This document shows, piece after piece, positions 27,938-38,047 of a DNA stretch of 64,000 nt. Numbering within the stretch: the first letter of the stretch is position 1; every line of letters starts with the position of its first letter. The stretch comes from a virus. Both the position numbers and the translations under genes were made by a program. The notes beneath the pieces were generated by a model that saw only the letters and a list, made by a program, of their open reading frames with translations, had not been told where the DNA came from and ran no database searches. The stretch spans positions 82,491-146,490 of the IMG/VR virus record IMGVR_UViG_3300049324_000002, one strand, 5' to 3'.

Positions 27938-28279
27938 CTAGCCGATCGGCAGATGATCCTCACGCTCATCAACCAAACGGAAATGAACATTTTTCTGAAA
28001 ACCAATCTCAAGTAAACGCTTACAATCCTGAGCATTCACATAAGGAATGTAATCAAACACAACATCCCTGAACTGAACATCAGCCTGGAGAATGTGATGA
28101 TGTGGGTGCCAATCAAAAGAAGCTTCCTCAAGACCTATACGAGTATTAGCATCATGCCTAACTCTATAATCTTCACCATTCTCAGAAACTTCAAGAATAG
28201 AACCAGTACCCCATAAGTAAGCAAAATGGTATCGCTGACCTCGAGTACGAACACGATCGCCGACTCTTAAACCTTTCAC
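27938..28279 (-). CDS. SH3-like hypothetical protein
   Basis: LRVGDRVR. Confidence 0.6.
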   Translation of the reverse strand: MKGLRVGDRVRTRGQRYHFAYLWGTGSILEVSENGEDYRVRHDANTRIGLEEASFDWHPHHHILQADVQFRDVVFDYIPYVNAQDCKRLLEIGFQKNVHFRLVDEREDHLPIG

Positions 28280-28551
28280 GACTCCTCCGCTTTCAGATCA
28301 TAAACAATAGACTGCCAGTCAATACGCTCAAGGTCATTAGGTGCAATCTCTTGTGCAACATGCCAAGCAGCCGTATTCTTTGGAGCTAAACGAAGAACAG
28401 CAGTCACATATCTCTTCAATGCCTTAGGACCACCCAAAGCAACCTGACGCGCAAAATCAATCAAATCCCCATCATTACAAATCCACACACTCACATGATG
28501 GGTAGCAACCTCATCGTGCTTAAAGGAAGCATAATCTAACATATAAATCAT
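28276..28551 (-). CDS. hypothetical protein
   Basis: ORF. Confidence 0.65.
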   Translation of the reverse strand: MIYMLDYASFKHDEVATHHVSVWICNDGDLIDFARQVALGGPKALKRYVTAVLRLAPKNTAAWHVAQEIAPNDLERIDWQSIVYDLKAEES

Positions 28552-28552
28552 C

Positions 28553-28819
28553 CTATCGAATAGGAACCTGATCTACAACACGAAAGTTAACACCCTCAAA
28601 ACCAATAGGATTCTGTCGTGCATGTCGAGAACACATTCTCATTTCATGAACAGTGCTCTTACCCTCACCAATAGCATAAATCCAAGATTCAGTAGAAACA
28701 ATGATTGTAGCTCGAGTAGAACATCCTACCCGGGACCGGGACGATCCTCCACACAAACGACCCTCACGCCTATTCTTTTCGAGTTTATCGTGCAACTCAG
28801 CTGAAATAGAATAACCCAT
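28553..28819 (-). CDS. hypothetical protein
   Basis: Cys/His motif. Confidence 0.6.
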   Translation of the reverse strand: MGYSISAELHDKLEKNRREGRLCGGSSRSRVGCSTRATIIVSTESWIYAIGEGKSTVHEMRMCSRHARQNPIGFEGVNFRVVDQVPIR

Positions 28820-28820
28820 T

Positions 28821-28982
28821 TTACTCGTCTCCCAATTCCAGAATCAAATCGATTTGGGAACGGACCGCGCGCTCACGTTCAGTGATCCGCCAAGCCTCAC
28901 GACCCAGCTCAACCAGATCCGCACGGAGCTGCGCCAACTTGCGCTGCCTGAAATCCAAGATCTTAACCTGAGTGTTCGTCAT
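28821..28982 (-). CDS. small coiled-coil protein (MTNT start)
   Basis: Cassette promoter. Confidence 0.65.
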   Translation of the reverse strand: MTNTQVKILDFRQRKLAQLRADLVELGREAWRITERERAVRSQIDLILELGDE

Positions 28983-29152
28983 ACAGGAATGATAGCATAC
29001 GAGGTTGCAGGCAGTCAAGACGGTACAGAAGCACAGCAGACTGCAGGAAACACCACGTCAGGAACCCAAGCAAGAGTGCCCAGACAGAGATCGAGGCTGC
29101 CCACCACAGCGGTAGTAGGCAGCCTCGAGGGGAGGGGCAAACGGATGACAGA

Positions 29153-29542
29153 TCAGCCAAACTGGACAATACCACGACAATCCGGGCACGCCCACCCATG
29201 CGCCTCACAACCCCGCGCAGTCCAACGCTCGTAATACTGCCAATCATCCTCAGACAAAGCAATACAATCACACCACGTTCTAGAAACATTCAATCCATCA
29301 GAAGAAGCAATAACTTCACTCGGTGGAATGTGAATATAACGACCATCCCACACTCGGGCAGCGACAATCAGAGAAGGAGTACCAAACCTAACAACCTCAG
29401 TACCAATCTCAGCAGTCAAAACCTTTTCAGCATTCTCCCGAGCACGCGCCGCCCAATCAGCAGCCTCAGCGTAATCGTGAGCAGTCAGAGCGCTCCACAG
29501 GAGCACCGCAGGAGGCTTAGAAGTATCTGTAGCGTTCGTCAT
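29153..29542 (-). CDS. hypothetical protein (MTNA start)
   Basis: Cassette promoter; CPDC. Confidence 0.75.
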   Translation of the reverse strand: MTNATDTSKPPAVLLWSALTAHDYAEAADWAARARENAEKVLTAEIGTEVVRFGTPSLIVAARVWDGRYIHIPPSEVIASSDGLNVSRTWCDCIALSEDDWQYYERWTARGCEAHGWACPDCRGIVQFG

Positions 29543-29673
29543 GTCACAACCATAGCATAGCTCGTAGAACCACGCAACTCAGCCTCCACGGAGACAAACC
29601 TGCAGGTCAACCCGATAATGAAACCCCAGGATGCAAAGTGCATTGAAACTGGGAGAGAACAAACAAGTCACGA

Positions 29674-30885
29674 CTAAACAAAGAATGGCATGAATGCATC
29701 AGGCTGAGACGGTGAAACCTGATGAGAAGTAGAGAAATCAGAAGTGCCATCCCAAACCCAACCAACCGTATCACCATCAAGATACGCAAGCTTCTCAAGC
29801 GACCAATCATAGCGAATACATGAAATAGAGATTACATCACCAGCTCCAAAAGAAAAGCCAGACTGTGGCTCAATATCAATATCAACGAAAGCTGTATTAG
29901 CTGGAGCACCAGCATTCCAAGCAGAAACTATCTGAGGATTAGTATCTAATGTGAACGCTGAAGACAAGTTATTAAGGAATGCCCCAGCAGCATCATGGAA
30001 GTTAAAGAAAATGTTAATAGGAGTGCTTCCAGTTTTAGAGCATTCAATATAAAAAGACCAAACTTCACCAACACCAGCAGGAATTGGTGGCGTATTCAAA
30101 GCAGCAGTGCTAGTAGCTCCACCAATTGTAAACTTTACACCAGTAGTCCTAGAAAAGCCAGAAACAGACGTGGCAACTAAAGTTGAAACACCAGCACCAG
30201 TATTAGACCACCCAACAACAGACGCTGACCCGGCCGCAGGATTAGGACACAAATTCTTAGGATTAGGACTCTTAGCAGACAAAACCTGATTAGGATCAGA
30301 GAACTGAATATACCCATTCAGAGTGGTGACAACAGTATCACCAGAGAACAAATCAGTATTAAAAGCACCGCCATAATTCATGGTGCCTGTAAAAGAAGTG
30401 GTTACTGTATTTGATGCCCTATAGCCAACTTCAACAACAACACGATCTCCGACTTGCACCGCAACAGAAGTAAGAGCTTTATCAAACTCTGTTGTAGCAG
30501 TAGCTGTAAGAGGCCATTCAGTAGCACCAATGTTATCTGTAAGAACAGTTCCACGAACAGTATTCGTATCACCAGCAGTGACAAAGATATGAATATGATC
30601 AAAAGCATTCATGCTAGCGCTTGATTCTTTAAAACCTATAACCCAACTAACAACACCAGAAAGGTTACCAGCCGCAACCGCTGGGGCCGATACCCAACGG
30701 CCCAGCATTACATCCCAGTTATTAGTGACATTTACTTCAGCAATACCAATCGTAGTAGCAGTGCCACCAGGAGTCGCACCCAATAACTTAGTAACAGAAG
30801 AAGTGCTTGAATCCCAAGCTCCACGAAAGGCAGTAGTCGGAGTATAAGGTGCAGTGGAGTTAGTAAAGTATAAACGAGTTGCCAT
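29674..30885 (-). CDS. putative virion fibre/minor tail protein with carbohydrate-binding-like domain
   Basis: T/S/G/A-rich beta composition; NLCPNP.. and YLDGD...WVWDGT..STS motifs of actinophage minor tail proteins. Confidence 0.7.
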   Translation of the reverse strand: MATRLYFTNSTAPYTPTTAFRGAWDSSTSSVTKLLGATPGGTATTIGIAEVNVTNNWDVMLGRWVSAPAVAAGNLSGVVSWVIGFKESSASMNAFDHIHIFVTAGDTNTVRGTVLTDNIGATEWPLTATATTEFDKALTSVAVQVGDRVVVEVGYRASNTVTTSFTGTMNYGGAFNTDLFSGDTVVTTLNGYIQFSDPNQVLSAKSPNPKNLCPNPAAGSASVVGWSNTGAGVSTLVATSVSGFSRTTGVKFTIGGATSTAALNTPPIPAGVGEVWSFYIECSKTGSTPINIFFNFHDAAGAFLNNLSSAFTLDTNPQIVSAWNAGAPANTAFVDIDIEPQSGFSFGAGDVISISCIRYDWSLEKLAYLDGDTVGWVWDGTSDFSTSHQVSPSQPDAFMPFFV

Positions 30886-30886
30886 A

Positions 30887-31459
30887 TTAATACCCGCGAG
30901 AAAGAGCTATCACAAACCACTTACTAGCAGTCGAATTATAAATAGCACCAAGGAAATCACGCTTAGCTGCCGTAGCAGTTAAATTCACAACAGACAAATC
31001 AGTTCCCAAAGCAAAAGCCGAGCCTAATGTTATAGTACGACTACCAGTGCCATCCTGAATCAATTCCCAAATACAACGCTGACCATCAGTCGGATTAGTC
31101 GGATTACTTAACGTTCTATTCCCAGCTAACGTCACACGAAAATGATTACCTAAAGAAGCATCCGTAGCAATCGTAGCACCATCAGTGAGAGGGACCGGAG
31201 CGAACGGGACCACAGACACCCGCGCGTCATTACCCTGCACCGCAGTGCCAGACGCCGACCCGTAAGCCACGGTCAGCGTCCGGTCAGCAGACAGAGCACC
31301 GCCACCCGTGAGGCCCGTCCCGGCCACCACAGACCGCGTAGTGGGCACCCTGGTGGCAACGCCAGCGTCTACATAGTCCTTGGTTGCAGCCTGCAGCCCG
31401 GAAGCAGGATCCCCCGGCAGCTCGACAGGAGTAAGAAACTTACGTGCACTAGGTGGCAC
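30887..31459 (-). CDS. putative fibre/structural protein
   Basis: DP...LQAATKDYVD, AGTGLTGGG, QDGTGSRTIT motifs. Confidence 0.75.
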   Translation of the reverse strand: MPPSARKFLTPVELPGDPASGLQAATKDYVDAGVATRVPTTRSVVAGTGLTGGGALSADRTLTVAYGSASGTAVQGNDARVSVVPFAPVPLTDGATIATDASLGNHFRVTLAGNRTLSNPTNPTDGQRCIWELIQDGTGSRTITLGSAFALGTDLSVVNLTATAAKRDFLGAIYNSTASKWFVIALSRGY

Positions 31460-31462
31460 TAA

Positions 31463-32599
31463 TCATCCAATTATCGAAACGTAGTACTGATTAGCAGAAG
31501 GGGCAGCAGGCAAAGTCAAAACAATGTTATTAGCGTCACTAGCCAAATCATCGGCCTCGAGTCGCGCACCAGGAGTAGCACCAGAAGAGTAATAACGCAA
31601 AACCAAATCAGCGCACCAGTTACTCAAACCATGGTTAATCGTTACAACAGCACCAGAAACAGAAAAGATGCCAGAACTCGAAGCCGGGATAATCCCCTTA
31701 ACCCTCTGAGGAACAACAGCAGTATCAATCGCAACGCTGTCAGAAGCAACACTGATACCAGTGCCAGCCCCAACATCAAACGTAGTGCCAGTAAGAGTAA
31801 GTCCATTACCAGCAATATAAGCAGCACCAGAAGCGGAAATGAATGTGAAAGCAGGAGTGGTCGTGCCTAGCGTGATTGCAGAATCATTAGTGAGGACGGC
31901 AAAGTTATCCGCCTTCGAGCCTTCACGAACAATCCAGTAAGAACCAAGAACAGCCTCAGCAGTAGTATCCCAGTTAGTAGAACGAACCAAAGCACTACCA
32001 GAAGCAGACCAAACATAAGGACCATTCTGACTACCAGTAGTCTGCGCAGTCAGCAAAAACACATCATTAGCTGCTGCGGTCAATCCATCAATAGTAGAGC
32101 CAGGAGAAGCAGTATTAATGTTAGTCAAAACAGCAGCACGAACAGAACCCTTAATGACCTGACCAGTAGCAACCGAAGCAAAAGAATCATCAACATACTT
32201 CTTAGTTGCAGCATCCTGATTGGATCCAGGATCCGTAACGTTAGTCAGCTTATGACTGTTAATGGAAAGGTCAGAAGTAGGAACAGCAAACTGATCCAAG
32301 CGATAAGCCTGAACAGCAGTCGCTAAATCACTAATGGTGCTAGCAACCTGAGTGCCAGTATGATTACCACGCGCCAAATGATAAGCACTACTCTGACCCT
32401 GCAACAAATCAGAATCAGTAGCCTTCAACTCAGCGGCAGAACCATTCCAATACTTAAGCCTATTACCAACAGTATTAAACCACACCAAACCCTTATCACC
32501 AGACACTAACCCAGTAGGGTCAGAAGCTAGCAAATGAATCTTTGCATTCTGCAGCTCAAAGCCTGCGAGATCAATAGGGGTAATAAACTTGCGGGCCAC
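31463..32599 (-). CDS. putative fibre/head-decoration structural protein
   Basis: DAATKKYVD, LLTAQTTGSQNGPY, AGNGLT, INHGL motifs. Confidence 0.75.
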   Translation of the reverse strand: MARKFITPIDLAGFELQNAKIHLLASDPTGLVSGDKGLVWFNTVGNRLKYWNGSAAELKATDSDLLQGQSSAYHLARGNHTGTQVASTISDLATAVQAYRLDQFAVPTSDLSINSHKLTNVTDPGSNQDAATKKYVDDSFASVATGQVIKGSVRAAVLTNINTASPGSTIDGLTAAANDVFLLTAQTTGSQNGPYVWSASGSALVRSTNWDTTAEAVLGSYWIVREGSKADNFAVLTNDSAITLGTTTPAFTFISASGAAYIAGNGLTLTGTTFDVGAGTGISVASDSVAIDTAVVPQRVKGIIPASSSGIFSVSGAVVTINHGLSNWCADLVLRYYSSGATPGARLEADDLASDANNIVLTLPAAPSANQYYVSIIG

Positions 32600-32609
32600 G
32601 TTGCTGCTC

Positions 32610-33035
32610 CTAGCTCAGATCCGCATAACCAGACATAGGACGACCAGTAAAAAGCAAAACAGTAGTATCAGTATCTACATGAATAATGTCAGCAGGTTCA
32701 ATGATGTCATTAATGGAATCGTAAGCAGTGATTCCGCCAGGAAAGAAACCAAGATTATGAAGAATGGTCCAAATCTCATCAGCACTAAGCTGGTCGTGGT
32801 GGTAGCTCACGCCGCCCGACAGCGACCCACCCGGCTCAGGGCGCCAGACCCCGTCAGAGTCCTTCACCAACACATTGCCGGGGTTCGCGCCCGCAGCACC
32901 GTCAACGTCCGACAGCCCGTCCAGCGCGCCCACAGCGGGCAGCGGAGGGGGATCCAGGACGTAGGCAGGCGCACCGACCGACAGCCAGCTCACCACGAAA
33001 GGCTCGCCCGCGTGCACACCACCGGGGGCCGTCAC
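32610..33035 (-). CDS. putative structural protein
   Basis: LDGLSDVD repeat; WTILHNLG. Confidence 0.7.
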   Translation of the reverse strand: MTAPGGVHAGEPFVVSWLSVGAPAYVLDPPPLPAVGALDGLSDVDGAAGANPGNVLVKDSDGVWRPEPGGSLSGGVSYHHDQLSADEIWTILHNLGFFPGGITAYDSINDIIEPADIIHVDTDTTVLLFTGRPMSGYADLS

Positions 33036-33388
33036 CCGTACACCCCGTCAGGAGTCACACGCATATCGAAATCGTCAATACGCGCAACACGATTCTCAGT
33101 ATCAGTCAACTTAATCTGAAAAGCACCAACATACCAATCCCACCCAGACGATTCATCCGCGTCAACATGAATCGTCACAGTAGAATTCGTTAACGTGATA
33201 TTCGCAGGAGGATCAACACTCGACCACTCATGCAAAACACCTAACCCACCAACCCACCGATTAGGACGAACCTGCGCACGCGCTGACCACCCAGTCAAAT
33301 CAACAAGACTATTATTCTCATCATAGATAGGCCAGCCATAAGCCCAAGTGGTGCCAGCGGGAATAGTGATAGAACTCAAAAAGACCAC
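33032..33388 (-). CDS. BppU/LtfC-like fibre attachment domain protein
   Basis: AGTTW...VDLTGWSARAQVR. Confidence 0.7.
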   Translation of the reverse strand: MVFLSSITIPAGTTWAYGWPIYDENNSLVDLTGWSARAQVRPNRWVGGLGVLHEWSSVDPPANITLTNSTVTIHVDADESSGWDWYVGAFQIKLTDTENRVARIDDFDMRVTPDGVYG

Positions 33389-33451
33389 CCCTCGTCAGCA
33401 CTCAAACAGAGTGCAACAAGAGATGGTCTATTCACATATGGATATTCGACA

Positions 33452-33808
33452 TCAGGCAGGGATAAAGGGCAACCGAGGACGTATTACTTTCTTATCAGAA
33501 AAAACATCACGTTGTGGTTTCCAAGCAGGATCACCACCAAACGAGTAAAGACGCGCCCTCAAATGCGCATAACATAAATTACGATTACGATCGCGTGCCC
33601 AATTCCCCCGACCCGGGCGCGCAATCTGCCACTTCATAACCTCGTCAACATCCCACACGCGCTCCCCCGTCTCAGGAGAGAAACCTCGAGACGGGGGAGC
33701 ACAACGTCGCGTCACCATAGACAACCACGATTTAGGAAGGCACCCCGCAACTGCAGCACACTCATCAGCAGTAAAAGTCGCGCCAGTCGCTAAAGCGAGT
33801 TCAAACAC
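33452..33808 (-). CDS. helix-turn-helix DNA-binding protein (AlpA/excisionase-like)
   Basis: TADECAAVAG..KSW...AP...VWDVDEV..W..RPGRG. Confidence 0.65.
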   Translation of the reverse strand: MFELALATGATFTADECAAVAGCLPKSWLSMVTRRCAPPSRGFSPETGERVWDVDEVMKWQIARPGRGNWARDRNRNLCYAHLRARLYSFGGDPAWKPQRDVFSDKKVIRPRLPFIPA

Positions 33809-33814
33809 ATAAAC

Positions 33815-34168
33815 CTATTCGGAAGGCTGCTTAGCGCTCTTCCGCCTAGCACGAATAGCAAGAGATTTCTTAACCCTCTCACGACGCAACCATTCCGCAC
33901 GATACTCATCTTTAGAAGCGGAGAAAGTATAATCGATAGGATACCTATAACTCCTAGCCCAAGAAGTGCCATCCGAATTTACATTCTCAGGTCGAACAGT
34001 ACCACAATCACATCTATTCTCTACACGACCACTAGAAGTACCATCTTTAAATTGATAATCAGGAAGTATCACCGGATCCCAACCGTGCCCGAAAGCATGA
34101 CACTTCAATGCGGCATCAGGAAGCTCATCGAGGCTCCTGGCCCTCTTCGGCTCTCCACTAGGACTCAT
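33815..34168 (-). CDS. hypothetical protein, Zn-binding
   Basis: CHAFGHGW...RCDCG. Confidence 0.65.
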   Translation of the reverse strand: MSPSGEPKRARSLDELPDAALKCHAFGHGWDPVILPDYQFKDGTSSGRVENRCDCGTVRPENVNSDGTSWARSYRYPIDYTFSASKDEYRAEWLRRERVKKSLAIRARRKSAKQPSE

Positions 34169-34188
34169 GAGCCGATTCTACCGAGACA

Positions 34189-34488
34189 CTACCAGCAAGG
34201 CATATCAAATCGACTGGTATAACCTTCAGACTCAATCCAAAGAATATTACAGCAACGCTGACACAAAATCACTCTATCGTCTTCAACCGTAACAGGAGTA
34301 CTAAGAATGTGATTATTACGATTACGCTTCTTCGGTAACTTAGGAACATGTGTAATCATACGCTCAGCAACTTGTCTCTCTTCCTTCGAAAGATAAGAGA
34401 CACCCTTATTGTGTCGATTATCGCCTCTATCATGAGAACGCAATCGACGTCTCGATAAACGCCTACGCCAATCCTTACTCATCACCAA
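34189..34488 (-). CDS. basic hypothetical protein
   Basis: Arg-rich, CQRC. Confidence 0.5.
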   Translation of the reverse strand: MVMSKDWRRRLSRRRLRSHDRGDNRHNKGVSYLSKEERQVAERMITHVPKLPKKRNRNNHILSTPVTVEDDRVILCQRCCNILWIESEGYTSRFDMPCW

Positions 34489-34925
34489 TTAGCCACAAAG
34501 CCCTTATTAATAGCAAAACCAAAATTAGTACAGATCATCATTAAAGCTACAGTGAACAACACCAGAGCTGCGAAAGGATGTCCATAAATATCTACAGTAA
34601 ACCCAACGATAGAAAGCACCAGCGCACTAACCGAAGTAAGAAAATACACAACAGCAGTATCCAACAAACCGAACCCAAGGATAATGACAAACATGAAACA
34701 AAACCCAGCAATACTTATTGGAGGATAACCAGCTTCAGTATGCTTAACCAACGTGCCCGCAACCAAGTCAGCGTATCCAAACATTAAACCAATAAATCCA
34801 AATAAACAAGCAACTCCACCAATACGACCATACACAGAAGGCATCTGCCTCGTCATCGTAACCATTACAATCTCACCCCTTAAAGGGAGGTTCGGGTGTG
34901 GTATTACACTCCGGTCCTCATTCAT
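34482..34925 (-). CDS. membrane protein
   Basis: ~4 TM. Confidence 0.6.
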   Translation of the reverse strand: MNEDRSVIPHPNLPLRGEIVMVTMTRQMPSVYGRIGGVACLFGFIGLMFGYADLVAGTLVKHTEAGYPPISIAGFCFMFVIILGFGLLDTAVVYFLTSVSALVLSIVGFTVDIYGHPFAALVLFTVALMMICTNFGFAINKGFVANW

Positions 34926-34968
34926 CAGAACAAGGTATCAATGATACCACACCCGAACCTCACGAACA

Positions 34969-36762
34969 TCATACCGCAGGAACCAACGCCGCAACCCGAT
35001 CTCGAGCAGCCTGCGCGATCGTCAACCCAAACTGCTCAGCGACCTGCAAAGCAGCAACAGAAGCGAGACACGTGTTCACCTTCATATCACCATTATACTC
35101 AGCCCAGTACTTACGCCTAGGCAATTCACGCTGAGCAGCAACCAACCGAGGATCATACTTCGTATTGCGGAAAACCAATTTAGTCTGGTCGTTCGGATCA
35201 CAAATCACCTGAGCATCCGCACCCGGCTCCAGCACAACCTCGACCCGCTCAGGCACCTCAGCAGCAGGCATAATCACCCGCTCCCGACCCTGATCCGCTG
35301 CAGCCGCGCTCAACCAATCCCCACCGCCAGGAGACTCCTGGTAATTCGCACCAACCAAAGTAGGATCAAGAAAACGCTTAGCCCGAGTAACACAAACATA
35401 AGTCAACATCAATTCATCCCTGCGGAGATTACCTTCCTCGTCAAACGGGGGAGGAAAATCACCAGCTAACTTAACGCTATCCCATTCCAGCCCCTTAGCC
35501 TTATGGCCAGTCGAAATCTTTAGATGAGCGTAAGCCGCAGGAACCGAACGCTGCACAGCAGTAAGAATATTCTGAGCACCATAACGATTCACAAGCTTCA
35601 CCAATACCTGCAAATCCCGAGCATCACTAGAATCAGATTCAACGTAGTCACAAACCTGACCCCAGTTATCGAAAGCAAGCAGCTCAGGATGCGTCGTCCG
35701 GCGACCACTCGTCAGGTCAAGAGCAGCTTTCGCCAGAGCCTCCACAGCGGCCGTGCCACCCACCAGACCCGCCTTCACACCCAACGCCTGAGCCGCCAGC
35801 AACCGAGCAACAGCCTCAGAGTTGGTGCGACACAACACCGCCTCAGGATCCGTCAACTGAGCCAAACGAGAATCCGGTCCACAACCCTCCAACCGCAAAT
35901 CAGTACCCAACAACTCCAAAATGGTATTAGCAACATCCGCAATATCAGGACCAAACCTAAACGACTTCCTCAATGGAAGATCATTACCATCAGGAACATC
36001 GAAATACTCGAGAGCGTCAATGGCTCCCATCCAAGGATAAAGCTGCTGGAAACTGTCACCAACAATCACAAGCTCAGCATTCTGTTGTTCAACAATATTA
36101 CGCGTAAGAGGAGTAGCATCCTGTGCTTCGTCAAACAAAATGACCTTACCCGGGAGGACAGGATTACCCATTCCCCACAACTTCAAATAAACAGAATGGT
36201 CGAAACGCAACTGACCATCAAGGCTCGTCAGATCTTCCCAAGCACGCTCAACATAAGGAATTAGAAACTCAGTCAAAGCAAGACGTGCTGCAGGAGTAGT
36301 CAATCCAGGAACCTTAGGAACAAACCGACCACTAATCTCAGCATCAGCAGAACTGCAGAAACGCTTAACCGTCTCATTCACCAAACCAACAAGCTGGAAA
36401 CTACGCATCGAAAACTCACCAAACTCGAAACGCTCAGGCAACCCCATAATACTAGCGGAACGGTGAGTAGGGACGCGGCCACCATTCATACGATGCTGAA
36501 AACGCTCACCCATCACAGCATAAGCAAACGCATGCATCGTATTGCAAGTGACATTAGACGGAAACTTGGTCTTAGCATACTCTGCAATCGCACGGTTAAA
36601 CGCGACATACGTCATCAACTCATTAGGACGCATATGAGCGAGATAATCCAAAGTAGTGGTTTTACCCGTCCCGGCAAGGGCTCGAACTTTCAGGTTCCCC
36701 CTACGCGCCTCGAACGCATCACCAATAGCAAGTTGCTCGTCAGTATAAGGAAAACTAGCCAT
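34969..36762 (-). CDS. UvrD/REP-like SF1 DNA helicase
   Basis: ALAGTGKT, AFN, DEAQD, VGDSFQQLY, SFRFG, HKAKGLEWD, YVCVTRAK. Confidence 0.95.
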   Translation of the reverse strand: MASFPYTDEQLAIGDAFEARRGNLKVRALAGTGKTTTLDYLAHMRPNELMTYVAFNRAIAEYAKTKFPSNVTCNTMHAFAYAVMGERFQHRMNGGRVPTHRSASIMGLPERFEFGEFSMRSFQLVGLVNETVKRFCSSADAEISGRFVPKVPGLTTPAARLALTEFLIPYVERAWEDLTSLDGQLRFDHSVYLKLWGMGNPVLPGKVILFDEAQDATPLTRNIVEQQNAELVIVGDSFQQLYPWMGAIDALEYFDVPDGNDLPLRKSFRFGPDIADVANTILELLGTDLRLEGCGPDSRLAQLTDPEAVLCRTNSEAVARLLAAQALGVKAGLVGGTAAVEALAKAALDLTSGRRTTHPELLAFDNWGQVCDYVESDSSDARDLQVLVKLVNRYGAQNILTAVQRSVPAAYAHLKISTGHKAKGLEWDSVKLAGDFPPPFDEEGNLRRDELMLTYVCVTRAKRFLDPTLVGANYQESPGGGDWLSAAAADQGRERVIMPAAEVPERVEVVLEPGADAQVICDPNDQTKLVFRNTKYDPRLVAAQRELPRRKYWAEYNGDMKVNTCLASVAALQVAEQFGLTIAQAARDRVAALVPAV

Positions 36763-36820
36763 CTTCGATCCCTTCGGGTTTATCCCCTGTGAAGCTCGTA
36801 CAGCTATACTAGCATGCGGC

Positions 36821-37276
36821 CTAGTGAAGCTGCAAGTCTTGTTCTCGCTCATACCTGACCTTGCCATCCGGCCAGACCAGCAAGCGCGACCGCTTCACCG
36901 ATCTAGCAAGTCGAATCGTCGTCCACGTACCGGAACGACGAACCTCATGAAACGTATCTGGACACGCTACCAACAACCGAACAGCACGCACAATCACATT
37001 ATTACGAACCAACGGAGGAAGCGGCTCCTCCACAATATCAGAAGGAAAAAACGCTCTATACCTTTCAATCTCACTAGGATGAGAATGAAGTATAAACCCA
37101 AAATCAACAGCCAACTTACAAGCCTGCGAATCCGCGCCAGTAGCATCGCCATGATGAAAAACAACGTAACGATCACCAAAAACACTAAAAATATTAGCTA
37201 ACGAAGGAATCTGATTAATCGACAAACCAGACCGAGGTCCAGAAAAACCAACATGCAAGGGAATCACTGAAGTCAC
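36821..37276 (-). CDS. SLOG (DprA/YspA-like) family protein
   Basis: GFSGPR, HHGDATGAD, RNNVIV, SGTWTTIR. Confidence 0.85.
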   Translation of the reverse strand: MTSVIPLHVGFSGPRSGLSINQIPSLANIFSVFGDRYVVFHHGDATGADSQACKLAVDFGFILHSHPSEIERYRAFFPSDIVEEPLPPLVRNNVIVRAVRLLVACPDTFHEVRRSGTWTTIRLARSVKRSRLLVWPDGKVRYEREQDLQLH

Positions 37277-37284
37277 TAATACTT

Positions 37285-37698
37285 CTACCGACGTTCCATG
37301 GCAGGCGACGCATGCGCAGCCCGCAACTCAACTATCCGTAGAGTCAGAAACTCAGAAGGACGAAGCAGCGAAACCAACAAAGACGACATAATCGCATAAC
37401 CAATTAATTGAACTATAGAAGGATCAATCCACCAGTGCAAAACGTCACTCGCAACAGTCAAACTCAGAAGAATCTGCATAAACCGTTGAAACCGTACCTG
37501 ACCTCTCAAAGTCTTCCAATTAGGACAATGTAGAATTGCAAACTTCAATGCATCAGTACGAATAACAAGATAAACAGCAAACCCCAACAACGCAATCCCA
37601 CTCAAAAGAGGATAACGTATCAAAAGAAACGGATCACCCACTCTGCTCGGATCCACCGTCCATCTCCTTAATCTCTCTAAACCGAATACCCATAACAA
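37285..37698 (-). CDS. membrane protein
   Basis: ~3 TM. Confidence 0.55.
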   Translation of the reverse strand: MLWVFGLERLRRWTVDPSRVGDPFLLIRYPLLSGIALLGFAVYLVIRTDALKFAILHCPNWKTLRGQVRFQRFMQILLSLTVASDVLHWWIDPSIVQLIGYAIMSSLLVSLLRPSEFLTLRIVELRAAHASPAMERR

Positions 37699-37708
37699 CT
37701 CCTACCGT

Positions 37709-37972
37709 CTACAGGAAAGGTATGCGAGAACGTCGACGCGACCGCGTGCGACGACGGGTACGAGTGCGGCGCACCCGGCCACCACCACCCAGGACAGAAA
37801 AAAGCCACCCAAGAACAAAAATCAAGACATACGGACCCCACGTGGGCATCGTGACAGCTAGCCACGACAGATCGATCGCGCCACCCAGCTTCATGACCAC
37901 CAGCACGCACGTAAGAAGATTCAACCAGGAGAACAACCCACAACCTGGCAAATTAGCTGCAGACCTAGCCAT
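37709..37972 (-). CDS. small membrane protein
   Basis: VMKLGGAIDLSW..V..PTW; Arg-rich tail. Confidence 0.7.
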   Translation of the reverse strand: MARSAANLPGCGLFSWLNLLTCVLVVMKLGGAIDLSWLAVTMPTWGPYVLIFVLGWLFSVLGGGGRVRRTRTRRRTRSRRRSRIPFL

Positions 37973-38047
37973 GACCCTGCCCCTTTAACGGTGTCCTACA
38001 GATGTAGTAAAACTAGCATACATCGTAGAACCATGCAAATCAGTTAC

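Larger units (their letters stand above)
16600..29580 (-). promoter_or_regulatory. Dispersed repeat: promoter + leaderless start cassette (TTGCGT-N17-TATGCT-N6-ATGACGAAC)
   Basis: ATG at 16627, 17465, 18248, 19005, 20291, 20603, 21143, 21868, 22406, 24458, 24839, 25133, 26019, 26519, 27238, 27883, 28982, 29542; outliers at 6524, 14492, 46007. Confidence 0.9.
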
